NCBI GenBank assembly: GCA_002269645.1
Contig: NIVC01002413.1
Coordinates: 112,940 to 176,939 of the forward strand
Direction of reading: 5' to 3'
Length of the DNA: 64,000 nt
From: Macrostomum lignano
Taxonomy: Eukaryota
Positions 1 through 11,580 of the stretch are shown here, piece by piece (the stretch's first letter is position 1; each line of letters starts with the position of its first letter). The translations under genes and the position numbers were made by a program. The notes beneath the pieces are model-generated. The model was not told the DNA's origin. It did no database searches and was given only the letters and a program-made list of their open reading frames with translations.

Positions 1-1227
1 CAGTACATGCATCGTGGCTAAGAAATTGCTCGATGCTAAAGGCATTAAATATTCGAAAAACATGCTTTTTTGCAAAGGTCAAGCAGCTCTTTCGACTTGA
101 AATGCATTGTAAGAATGCTAGAGAACAAACTGACTGGTTGAATTCTGATTCTGAAATAGATTGCATCATAACTGAATTGTAACTCCGACTTGAATTGAAA
201 ATGCAGTGTGGAAGCGTAGCACCAGAATTGCGTAACCATATTGTTAACTGATACTGACTGACTGAGAAACTGATTATGTCATAACTGCTTCGTGTGATTT
301 ACTCTATGCTTGGATTTTCAAGTGTTGAATTATATAAGTGCAAAATTTAATGTTATCAAAACGATGAGAGCTAGGCTAGAGGTGAACAAACTGAACTGCT
401 AAATGCAGCGACGATGGTTCGAATTTTCATAGAGTATAATTTTTTTAATTAAAGCTTTTCAACGTCAGGAAAACTAAAATACTTTTAAAAAAGAATCGTC
501 ACGTAAAAATCATAGAAGCGTCATGTAAAAAATCATAGAAGCGTCATGTAAACAATCATAGAAGCGTCATGTAAACAATCATAGAAGTGTCATGTAAAAA
601 AATCATAGAAGCGTCATGTAAAAATCATAGAAGCGCCATGTAAACAATCATAGAAGCGTCATGTGAAAATCATAAAAGCGTCACGTAAAGAATCATAGAA
701 GCGTCATGTAAACAATCATAGAAGCGTCATGTAAAAAAATCATAGAAGCGTCACGTAAACAATCATAGAAGCGTCATGTAAAAATCATAGAAGCGTCATG
801 TAAAAATCATAGAAGCGCCATGTAAACAATCATAGAAGCGTCATGTGAAAATCATAAAAGCGTCACGTAAAGAATCATAGAAGCGTCATGTAAACAATCA
901 TAGAAGCGTCATGTAAAAAAATCATAGAAGCGTCACGTAAACAATCATAGAAGCGTCATGTAAAAATCATAGAAGCGTCATGTAAACAATCATAGAAGCG
1001 TCATGTAAACAATCATAGAAGCGTCATGTAAACAATCATAGAAGCGTCATGTAAACAATCATAGAAGCGTCATGTAAAAAATCATAGAAGCGTCTTGTAA
1101 ACAATCATACAAGCGTCATGTAAAAATCATAGAAGCGTCATGTAAACAATCATAGAAGCGTCATGTAAACAATCATAGAAGCGTCATGTAAAAAATCATA
1201 GAAGCGTCATGTAAACAATCATAGAAG
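1..1227. repeat. Copy 1 of a >=1.2-kb direct duplication (copy 2 at 5789-7015); may extend left of the window
   Basis: Sequence from position 1 (cagtacatgcatcgtgg...) recurs at 5789. The ORF track shows an identical 64-aa ORF at 45..239 and 5833..6027 (offset 5788). Identity continues through the variant pattern of the adjacent minisatellite to ...atagaag. Confidence 0.93.
492..1227. repeat. 22-24-bp minisatellite (AATCATAGAAGCGTCATGTAAA[C/A])
   Basis: About 32 tandem copies read directly. Confidence 0.95.
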
Positions 1228-1260
1228 TGCATTGCATTCAGCTTGAAATTGAAATTGAAA

Positions 1261-4200
1261 TTGTGTGCGTGCATTCAGCTTGATTGGCTGCGGCAAGCAA
1301 GCTCGAAAGAGCTCGCTTCGCTCGCTCTTTCTCGCTATCTACCATCTATTGCCAGGACCTGCACCGGAGCGGTTACGAAAATTAGATTTCTCGGTAGTTG
1401 CTCGCACTCTTTTGCACTACTTGAGTAGTCTGATTTTCGAACGGCAGGCTGGTTCCAGCAGGTAGTTCCTCTGGATAAAAGCGCTTACCGCGCCCATTGG
1501 CTTTCCAGCTGCCTTAATCGTTTCCGGTGATCTTGTGTGCGTGCATTCAGCTTGATTGGCTGCGGCAAGCAAGCTCGAAAGAGCTCGCTTCGCTCGCTCT
1601 TTCTCGCTATCTACCATCTATTGCCAGGACCTGCACCGGAGCGGTTACGAAAATTAGATTTCTCGGTAGTTGCTCGCACTCTTTTGCACTACTTGAGTAG
1701 TCTGATTTTCGAACGGCAGGCTGGTTCCAGCAGGTAGTTCCTCTGGATAAAAGCGCTTACCGCGCCCATTGGCTTTCCAGCTGCCTTAATCGTTTCCGGT
1801 GATCTTGTGTGCGTGCATTCAGCTTGATTGGCTGCGGCAAGCAAGCTCGAAAGAGCTCGCTTCGCTCGCTCTTTCTCGCTATCTACCATCTATTGCCAGG
1901 ACCTGCACCGGAGCGGTTACGAAAATTAGATTTCTCGGTAGTTGCTCGCACTCTTTTGCACTACTTGAGTAGTCTGATTTTCGAACGGCAGGCTGGTTCC
2001 AGCAGGTAGTTCCTCTGGATAAAAGCGCTTACCGCGCCCATTGGCTTTCCAGCTGCCTTAATCGTTTCCGGTGATCTTGTGTGCGTGCATTCAGCTTGAT
2101 TGGCTGCGGCAAGCAAGCTCGAAAGAGCTCGCTTCGCTCGCTCTTTCTCGCTATCTACCATCTATTGCCAGGACCTGCACCGGAGCGGTTACGAAAATTA
2201 GATTTCTCGGTAGTTGCTCGCACTCTTTTGCACTACTTGAGTAGTCTGATTTTCGAACGGCAGGCTGGTTCCAGCAGGTAGTTCCTCTGGATAAAAGCGC
2301 TTACCGCGCCCATTGGCTTTCCAGCTGCCTTAATCGTTTCCGGTGATCTTGTGTGCGTGCATTCAGCTTGATTGGCTGCGGCAAGCAAGCTCGAAAGAGC
2401 TCGCTTCGCTCGCTCTTTCTCGCTATCTACCATCTATTGCCAGGACCTGCACCGGAGCGGTTACGAAAATTAGATTTCTCGGTAGTTGCTCGCACTCTTT
2501 TGCACTACTTGAGTAGTCTGATTTTCGAACGGCAGGCTGGTTCCAGCAGGTAGTTCCTCTGGATAAAAGCGCTTACCGCGCCCATTGGCTTTCCAGCTGC
2601 CTTAATCGTTTCCGGTGATCTTGTGTGCGTGCATTCAGCTTGATTGGCTGCGGCAAGCAAGCTCGAAAGAGCTCGCTTCGCTCGCTCTTTCTCGCTATCT
2701 ACCATCTATTGCCAGGACCTGCACCGGAGCGGTTACGAAAATTAGATTTCTCGGTAGTTGCTCGCACTCTTTTGCACTACTTGAGTAGTCTGATTTTCGA
2801 ACGGCAGGCTGGTTCCAGCAGGTAGTTCCTCTGGATAAAAGCGCTTACCGCGCCCATTGGCTTTCCAGCTGCCTTAATCGTTTCCGGTGATCTTGTGTGC
2901 GTGCATTCAGCTTGATTGGCTGCGGCAAGCAAGCTCGAAAGAGCTCGCTTCGCTCGCTCTTTCTCGCTATCTACCATCTATTGCCAGGACCTGCACCGGA
3001 GCGGTTACGAAAATTAGATTTCTCGGTAGTTGCTCGCACTCTTTTGCACTACTTGAGTAGTCTGATTTTCGAACGGCAGGCTGGTTCCAGCAGGTAGTTC
3101 CTCTGGATAAAAGCGCTTACCGCGCCCATTGGCTTTCCAGCTGCCTTAATCGTTTCCGGTGATCTTGTGTGCGTGCATTCAGCTTGATTGGCTGCGGCAA
3201 GCAAGCTCGAAAGAGCTCGCTTCGCTCGCTCTTTCTCGCTATCTACCATCTATTGCCAGGACCTGCACCGGAGCGGTTACGAAAATTAGATTTCTCGGTA
3301 GTTGCTCGCACTCTTTTGCACTACTTGAGTAGTCTGATTTTCGAACGGCAGGCTGGTTCCAGCAGGTAGTTCCTCTGGATAAAAGCGCTTACCGCGCCCA
3401 TTGGCTTTCCAGCTGCCTTAATCGTTTCCGGTGATCTTGTGTGCGTGCATTCAGCTTGATTGGCTGCGGCAAGCAAGCTCGAAAGAGCTCGCTTCGCTCG
3501 CTCTTTCTCGCTATCTACCATCTATTGCCAGGACCTGCACCGGAGCGGTTACGAAAATTAGATTTCTCGGTAGTTGCTCGCACTCTTTTGCACTACTTGA
3601 GTAGTCTGATTTTCGAACGGCAGGCTGGTTCCAGCAGGTAGTTCCTCTGGATAAAAGCGCTTACCGCGCCCATTGGCTTTCCAGCTGCCTTAATCGTTTC
3701 CGGTGATCTTGTGTGCGTGCATTCAGCTTGATTGGCTGCGGCAAGCAAGCTCGAAAGAGCTCGCTTCGCTCGCTCTTTCTCGCTATCTACCATCTATTGC
3801 CAGGACCTGCACCGGAGCGGTTACGAAAATTAGATTTCTCGGTAGTTGCTCGCACTCTTTTGCACTACTTGAGTAGTCTGATTTTCGAACGGCAGGCTGG
3901 TTCCAGCAGGTAGTTCCTCTGGATAAAAGCGCTTACCGCGCCCATTGGCTTTCCAGCTGCCTTAATCGTTTCCGGTGATCTTGTGTGCGTGCATTCAGCT
4001 TGATTGGCTGCGGCAAGCAAGCTCGAAAGAGCTCGCTTCGCTCGCTCTTTCTCGCTATCTACCATCTATTGCCAGGACCTGCACCGGAGCGGTTACGAAA
4101 ATTAGATTTCTCGGTAGTTGCTCGCACTCTTTTGCACTACTTGAGTAGTCTGATTTTCGAACGGCAGGCTGGTTCCAGCAGGTAGTTCCTCTGGATAAAA

Positions 4201-5694
4201 GCGCTTACCGCGCCCATTGGCTTTCCAGCTGCCTTAATCGTTTCCGGTGATCTTGTGTGCGTGCATTCAGCTTGATTGGCTGCGGCAAGCAAGCTCGAAA
4301 GAGCTCGCTTCGCTCGCTCTTTCTCGCTATCTACCATCTATTGCCAGGACCTGCACCGGAGCGGTTACGAAAATTAGATTTCTCGGTAGTTGCTCGCACT
4401 CTTTTGCACTACTTGAGTAGTCTGATTTTCGAACGGCAGGCTGGTTCCAGCAGGTAGTTCCTCTGGATAAAAGCGCTTACCGCGCCCATTGGCTTTCCAG
4501 CTGCCTTAATCGTTTCCGGTGATCTTGTGTGCGTGCATTCAGCTTGATTGGCTGCGGCAAGCAAGCTCGAAAGAGCTCGCTTCGCTCGCTCTTTCTCGCT
4601 ATCTACCATCTATTGCCAGGACCTGCACCGGAGCGGTTACGAAAATTAGATTTCTCGGTAGTTGCTCGCACTCTTTTGCACTACTTGAGTAGTCTGATTT
4701 TCGAACGGCAGGCTGGTTCCAGCAGGTAGTTCCTCTGGATAAAAGCGCTTACCGCGCCCATTGGCTTTCCAGCTGCCTTAATCGTTTCCGGTGATCTTGT
4801 GTGCGTGCATTCAGCTTGATTGGCTGCGGCAAGCAAGCTCGAAAGAGCTCGCTTCGCTCGCTCTTTCTCGCTATCTACCATCTATTGCCAGGACCTGCAC
4901 CGGAGCGGTTACGAAAATTAGATTTCTCGGTAGTTGCTCGCACTCTTTTGCACTACTTGAGTAGTCTGATTTTCGAACGGCAGGCTGGTTCCAGCAGGTA
5001 GTTCCTCTGGATAAAAGCGCTTACCGCGCCCATTGGCTTTCCAGCTGCCTTAATCGTTTCCGGTGATCTTGTGTGCGTGCATTCAGCTTGATTGGCTGCG
5101 GCAAGCAAGCTCGAAAGAGCTCGCTTCGCTCGCTCTTTCTCGCTATCTACCATCTATTGCCAGGACCTGCACCGGAGCGGTTACGAAAATTAGATTTCTC
5201 GGTAGTTGCTCGCACTCTTTTGCACTACTTGAGTAGTCTGATTTTCGAACGGCAGGCTGGTTCCAGCAGGTAGTTCCTCTGGATAAAAGCGCTTACCGCG
5301 CCCATTGGCTTTCCAGCTGCCTTAATCGTTTCCGGTGATCTTGTGTGCGTGCATTCAGCTTGATTGGCTGCGGCAAGCAAGCTCGAAAGAGCTCGCTTCG
5401 CTCGCTCTTTCTCGCTATCTACCATCTATTGCCAGGACCTGCACCGGAGCGGTTACGAAAATTAGATTTCTCGGTAGTTGCTCGCACTCTTTTGCACTAC
5501 TTGAGTAGTCTGATTTTCGAACGGCAGGCTGGTTCCAGCAGGTAGTTCCTCTGGATAAAAGCGCTTACCGCGCCCATTGGCTTTCCAGCTGCCTTAATCG
5601 TTTCCGGTGATCTTGTGTGCGTGCATTCAGCTTGATTGGCTGCGGCAAGCAAGCTCGAAAGAGCTCGCTTCGCTCGCTCTTTCTCGCTATCTAC
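1261..5694. repeat. Tandem array of 16 full + 1 partial (82 bp) apparently identical 272-bp units
   Basis: ORF track repeats identically every 272 bp (1265, 1537 ... 5617). Unit starts TTGTGTGCGTGCATTCAGC and ends TTTCCGGTGATC. Confidence 0.97.
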
Positions 5695-5800
5695 TATCTA
5701 TCTATCTATCTATGTGATCGATTAGAGAAAAAATGGCTGGACCGATTTTGTTCGAACTTGCACTGTTCGATTAGAAATTTTCCCGTGACAGTACATGCAT
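5687..5800 (+). mobile_element. Possible 5' region of a non-autonomous Helitron/Helentron-like element: (TATC)n microsatellite followed by AAAATGGCTGGACCGATTTTG
   Basis: A short microsatellite followed by a GGCTGGACCGATTTT-type motif resembles the arrangement in invertebrate non-autonomous Helitrons (from memory). No Rep/helicase or terminal hairpin was identified. Confidence 0.35.
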
Positions 5801-7015
5801 CGTGGCTAAGAAATTGCTCGATGCTAAAGGCATTAAATATTCGAAAAACATGCTTTTTTGCAAAGGTCAAGCAGCTCTTTCGACTTGAAATGCATTGTAA
5901 GAATGCTAGAGAACAAACTGACTGGTTGAATTCTGATTCTGAAATAGATTGCATCATAACTGAATTGTAACTCCGACTTGAATTGAAAATGCAGTGTGGA
6001 AGCGTAGCACCAGAATTGCGTAACCATATTGTTAACTGATACTGACTGACTGAGAAACTGATTATGTCATAACTGCTTCGTGTGATTTACTCTATGCTTG
6101 GATTTTCAAGTGTTGAATTATATAAGTGCAAAATTTAATGTTATCAAAACGATGAGAGCTAGGCTAGAGGTGAACAAACTGAACTGCTAAATGCAGCGAC
6201 GATGGTTCGAATTTTCATAGAGTATAATTTTTTTAATTAAAGCTTTTCAACGTCAGGAAAACTAAAATACTTTTAAAAAAGAATCGTCACGTAAAAATCA
6301 TAGAAGCGTCATGTAAAAAATCATAGAAGCGTCATGTAAACAATCATAGAAGCGTCATGTAAACAATCATAGAAGTGTCATGTAAAAAAATCATAGAAGC
6401 GTCATGTAAAAATCATAGAAGCGCCATGTAAACAATCATAGAAGCGTCATGTGAAAATCATAAAAGCGTCACGTAAAGAATCATAGAAGCGTCATGTAAA
6501 CAATCATAGAAGCGTCATGTAAAAAAATCATAGAAGCGTCACGTAAACAATCATAGAAGCGTCATGTAAAAATCATAGAAGCGTCATGTAAAAATCATAG
6601 AAGCGCCATGTAAACAATCATAGAAGCGTCATGTGAAAATCATAAAAGCGTCACGTAAAGAATCATAGAAGCGTCATGTAAACAATCATAGAAGCGTCAT
6701 GTAAAAAAATCATAGAAGCGTCACGTAAACAATCATAGAAGCGTCATGTAAAAATCATAGAAGCGTCATGTAAACAATCATAGAAGCGTCATGTAAACAA
6801 TCATAGAAGCGTCATGTAAACAATCATAGAAGCGTCATGTAAACAATCATAGAAGCGTCATGTAAAAAATCATAGAAGCGTCTTGTAAACAATCATACAA
6901 GCGTCATGTAAAAATCATAGAAGCGTCATGTAAACAATCATAGAAGCGTCATGTAAACAATCATAGAAGCGTCATGTAAAAAATCATAGAAGCGTCATGT
7001 AAACAATCATAGAAG
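5789..7015. repeat. Copy 2 of the 1.2-kb direct duplication
   Basis: Matches 1-1227 with offset 5788. Confidence 0.93.
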
Positions 7016-8830
7016 CGTCATTTAAAAAATCATAGAAACGTCATGTAAAAATCATAGAAGCGTCATGTAAAAAATCATAGAAGCGTCATGTAAACAATCA
7101 TAAAAGCATCATGTAAAAATCATTGAAGCGTCATATAAACAATCATAGAAGCGTCATGTAAAAAATCATAGAAGCGACATGTAAACAGTCATAGAAGCGT
7201 CATGTAAAAATCTTAAAAGCGTCATGTAAAAAATCATAGAAGCGTCATGTAAAAAATCATAGAAGCGTCATGTAAACAATCATAGAAGCGTCATGTAAAA
7301 AATCGTAGAAGCGTCATATAAAAATCATAGAAGCGTCATGTAAACAATCATAGAAGCGTCATGTAAACAATCATAGAAGCGTCATGTAAAAAATCATAGA
7401 AGCGTCATGTAAAGAATCGTAGAAGCGTCATGTAAAAAATCATAGAAGCGTCATGTAAAAAATCATAGAAGCGTCATGTAAAAAATCGTAGAAGCGTCAT
7501 ATAAAAATCATAGAAGCGTCATTTAAAAAATCATAAAAGCGTCACGTAAAGAATCATAGAAGCGTCATGTAAACAATCATAGAAGCGTCATGTAAAAAAA
7601 TCATAGAAGCGTCACGTAAACAATCATAAGAGCGTCGTGTAAAAATCATAGAAGCGTCATGTAAACAATCATAGAAGCGTCATGTAAACAATCATAGAAG
7701 CGTCATGTAAACAATCATAAAAGCATCATGTAAAAATCATTGAAGCGTCATATAAACAATCATAGAAGCGTCATGTAAAAAATCATAGAAGCGACATGTA
7801 AACAATCATAGAAGCGTCATGTAAAAATCTTAAAAGCGTCATGTAAAAAATCATAGAAGCGTCATGTAAAAAATCATAGAAGCGTCATGTAAACAATCAT
7901 AGAAGCGTCATGTAAAAAATCGTAGAAGCGTCATGTAAAAAATCATAGAAGCATCATGTAAAAAATCATAGAAGCGTCATGTAAAGAATCGTAGAAGCGT
8001 CATGTAAAAAATCATAGAAGCGTCATGTAAAAAATCATAGAAGCGTCATGTCAAAAATCGTAGAAGCGTCATATAAAAATCATAGAAGCGTCATTTAAAA
8101 AATCATAAAAGCGTCATGTAAAAAATCATAGAAGCGTCTTGTAAACAATCATACAAGCGTCATGTAAAAATCATAGAAGCGTCATGTAAAAAATCATAGA
8201 AGCGTCATGTAAACAATCATAGAAGCGTCATGTAAAAAATCGTAGAAGCGTCATGTAAAAATCATAGAAGCGTCATGTAAACAATCATAGAAGCGTCATG
8301 TAAACAATCATAGAAGTTTCATGTAAAAAATCATAGAAGCGTCATGTAAAGAATCGTAGAAGCGTCATATAAAAATCATAGAAGCGTCATTTAAAAAATT
8401 ATAAAAGCGTCATGTAAAAAATCATAGAAGCGTCATGTAAAGAATCGTAGAAGCGTCATATAAAAATCATAGAAGCGTCATTTAAAAAATTATAAAAGCG
8501 TCATGTAAAAAATCATAGAAGCGTCATGTAAAGAATCGTAGAAGCGTCATATAAAAATCATAGAAGCGTCATGTAAACAATCATAGAAGCGTCATGTAAA
8601 AAATCATAGAAGCGTCATGTAAAAAAGTCATAGAAGCGTCATGTAAACAATCGTAGAAGCGTCATATAAAAATCATAGAAGCGTCATGTAAACAATCATA
8701 GAAGCGTCATGTAAAAAATCATAGAAGCGTCATGTAAACAATCATAGAAGCGTCATGTAAAAAATCATAGAAGCGTCATGTAAAAATCCAAAGAAGCGTC
8801 ATGTCAGACATTAAAGGTGTCATGTAAAAA
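6280..8830. repeat. 22-24-bp minisatellite (same family as 492-1227), ~110 copies, degenerating at the right end
   Basis: Direct reading. Confidence 0.95.
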
Positions 8831-9910
8831 TTGAATGAAGCTATAGTACATTGCTGTGCTGGGGAGAATTACTGAGACGTCAAGGCTCACAGAGAATAAC
8901 TGAGATTACAGGGGGGGGGGGTTTCTGAGATGTCAAAGCAAAGTCAGAAGCTACTTCAAAGTTCATGTACTTTACTCAATTTTTTTATTGCATTCTTTGT
9001 TGGCTCGCCACGGGGGGGGGCGCTGATAGAAGAAGAGTCATGTAAAAAATAAAAGTAGCACTATGTATACATAAAAGAAAAGTCATGTCGAAGTTAAAAG
9101 ATTCATTTGGGAATTGCTACGATGTCAAAGCTAGGTGGAAATCGTTATAGTGCTGTGATTCTTAAAGAAGGAATCACTAAAATGTCAAGGCTTAGGGGAG
9201 AAGAATTGCTGAGATTTCAAGGCTTTAGGTTGGGTTAAAGTTAGGTTTAGGTCAGGTGTGGGTTGAGGGTTATATTTTATCGGGTTTCAAGGTTAACAGA
9301 ATAACAGAAGATTTTTTAGATTTCAAGGTTTATGGGGGCCATCGCTGACATGTTAAGGCTTACGGGGGGAATAGCTGAGATGTCAAGGCTCACGGGGTAT
9401 AAATGAGATTTCAAGGCTAAAGTCAGAAGCTACATGTAGTTTATTGAAAACTTTTTATTACATTATTTGATGCCTCCTCAGGGGAGGGATCGCTGATAGA
9501 AAAAGCATAATGTAAAAAATAAAAGAAGCTTCATGTCGAAGTTAAGAGATTCATTTGGGAATCCCTACGATGTCGAGGCTTGCAGGGAATCGCTATAATG
9601 CTGTAGTAGTGCTATAATGACTCAGAATTACTGAAATTTCAATGTTTTAGGGTTAGGTTAGGGTTAGGGTTAGGGTTAGGGTTAGGCTAGGGTTAGGGTT
9701 AGAAGGTTGACAGATATTTTTAGATTTCCAAGGCTTATTGGGGGCATTGCTGAGATGTCAAGGGGGGAAGTTGATATGTTAAAGCTTGTGGGGGGGGGAA
9801 TTACTGACATGTCAAGGCTTACAAGGTTTGACAGGAGATTTTTTAAGATTTCAAGGATACATGTAGCTTATTAAAAAAACGTGTATTGCATTTCTTTGGC
9901 TCCCCAACGG
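8830..9910. repeat. Degenerate repeat region: diverged ~470-bp tandem duplication with recurrent GCTGAGATGTCAAGGCT motifs
   Basis: Paired blocks, e.g. gctgatagaa...tgtaaaaaataaaag and tcatgtcgaagttaa.agattcatttgggaat, occur at ~9020-9115 and ~9490-9565. Confidence 0.7.
9647..9702 (+). repeat. Interstitial telomere-type (TTAGGG)n run, ~9 units with variants
   Basis: ttagggttaggttagggttagggttagggttagggttaggctagggttagggttag. Confidence 0.85.
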
Positions 9911-10795
9911 GGGGCGTAGATTGCTAGTTTTCAGTCTAAATTCTAATCGAATATTTTTAGCTCAGTAATTAATTTATTAGCAGGGGCCTATGCAGACTCG
10001 CAAATTTTAGTTAGAAGTCAGACAATAAAAATTGTCTACCTTTTTTTACCGTCTGGCGTCCATTAGGCTTACCTACCTTTTATTTTTAATTCTAAGTTTT
10101 ACAAAAGAGCCTGGACTGTTTTACTTAGATTTTTAAGTACCAAATAAAACTCATTAACAAACAAGCGAATTGTGCTAGCTAGGCTAGGCTATGCAACCTA
10201 CTTAGGCCTAGTGTAAGTAATTTGATTTTGACTTAGTTAGGCCTAGTCATAGTTTTGCAACTAACCCAACACAAAAAATGAAACAAATCTTTAGTTTAAT
10301 TTTGTTAAAAAATCTTTTTTAATTTAACATAGTGTAAAAAATGAATTGCCAAAGCCAACACTTGAATTTCCAATCTAGAGGTGCTAAAACAGAGTGGCGT
10401 ACTCTTAAGATGAATCTGACGATGCGACAATTTATTATACATGTATATTAGTTAATATTGAGAAATAAAACAAAGAGTATGTTATAAACCAGTTATGAAA
10501 ACTTTTAATTATAAATACATACAGTAAAAAGTACAATAAAATATAAATAGAATACAAATACAAATAATGCACGATATGAAATAAATACAAAATATGATTA
10601 CTTTTAAAATAAACAAAGATACATTACAATAGACCTAGGGCCTACGTTTTTTGAGTTTTTTTTAAACCCAATTTGTTAGGCCTATATTATCATTATGCTA
10701 ATTTCTATTAATTTAATGGCTTTGTATTGCATTTTAAATCTATAAAATAAAGTCTATCAAAATTTTCATTTTCACTTTTCAAATTACTAATGGAT

Positions 10796-11566
10796 TGTGA
10801 CAGGCCTTTTGGCTCTGTCTTTCTAAACTTCTAACTATTAGTGTTTATTAAATATCCTACGAGCTGCCACCAAAGTTGTTACAGGCCTTTCACCTCTTAC
10901 TTTATCAATTTTAATCCCACCGATTTGCCAACTACAGTTATCCTGATTATACTTGCTTTTACTCCCTAACTATTTCTTAGAATTTCATTTAAATATTTCT
11001 GGGTAGCGTTCTTAGTAGCGTTTCTGGTAGCGTTCTTAGTAGCGTTTCTGGTAGCTTATGGCTTGCTTTCTGGTAGCGTTCTAGTAGCTTATGGCCTGAG
11101 CGGTCTAGTACTGGTATATGTATTAGTGTATAGTCCTAATCGGGCGTTCACCGAGACTAGAGGGTCACGGCGCCTCTCTTGGTATATCTCCAAGAATTAG
11201 TCCCAATTCCCTTCTCTTAGCAAATTTCTTAGAATCGTTTCACAGGTTTTGCAAATAAATAAGTCGCTATTTAGCTCAAAGACTTTGAAATGGTTTAGAT
11301 TGAACTGCTTATTCTGTTCGCAATTATTTGCTCACGAGTAAAAGACAGTTAGAGTATATTTGTCGCAAAACCGCTCCTATATATAGTGGTTTCCCCCCCA
11401 TACGATTAAAACAAAAAAAATAATTCCCCAATTTATTTTGCGCAGTAAAACAAAAATATTCGGTACGGTAAAACAAAATATTTATCTAGTATTTCGCACG
11501 AGTTTAGTTTCTAAGAAAACATACCTTTATTGCTCAAAATTCGTACAGTATTGAAGCACTACTACA
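10796..11566 (-). repeat. 3' LTR (771 bp)
   Basis: Appears identical to 15014-15784; preceded on the minus strand by the PPT. Confidence 0.95.
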
Positions 11567-11580
11567 ACTTCCTCCTCTTA
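11567..11580 (-). other. Polypurine tract (TAAGAGGAGGAAGT) abutting the 3' LTR
   Basis: Plus strand reads acttcctcctctta immediately after the LTR end ...actaca. Confidence 0.85.

Noticed and set aside
1261-5694. CRISPR array, 5S/SL/snRNA/7SL/RNase P gene cluster, or canonical hammerhead, HDV or twister ribozyme
   Set aside because: No unique spacers. No Sm site or known conserved boxes. Partial look-alikes (GGGCGCGGT as in 7SL, AATCAGACTACTC as in RNase P CR-V, GGATAAAAG as in a twister linker) lack their required partner motifs.
1265-5970. 66-aa ORFs repeated on both strands of the 272-bp unit
   Set aside because: Short, partly non-ATG starts, no recognisable domain; they repeat only because the DNA repeats.
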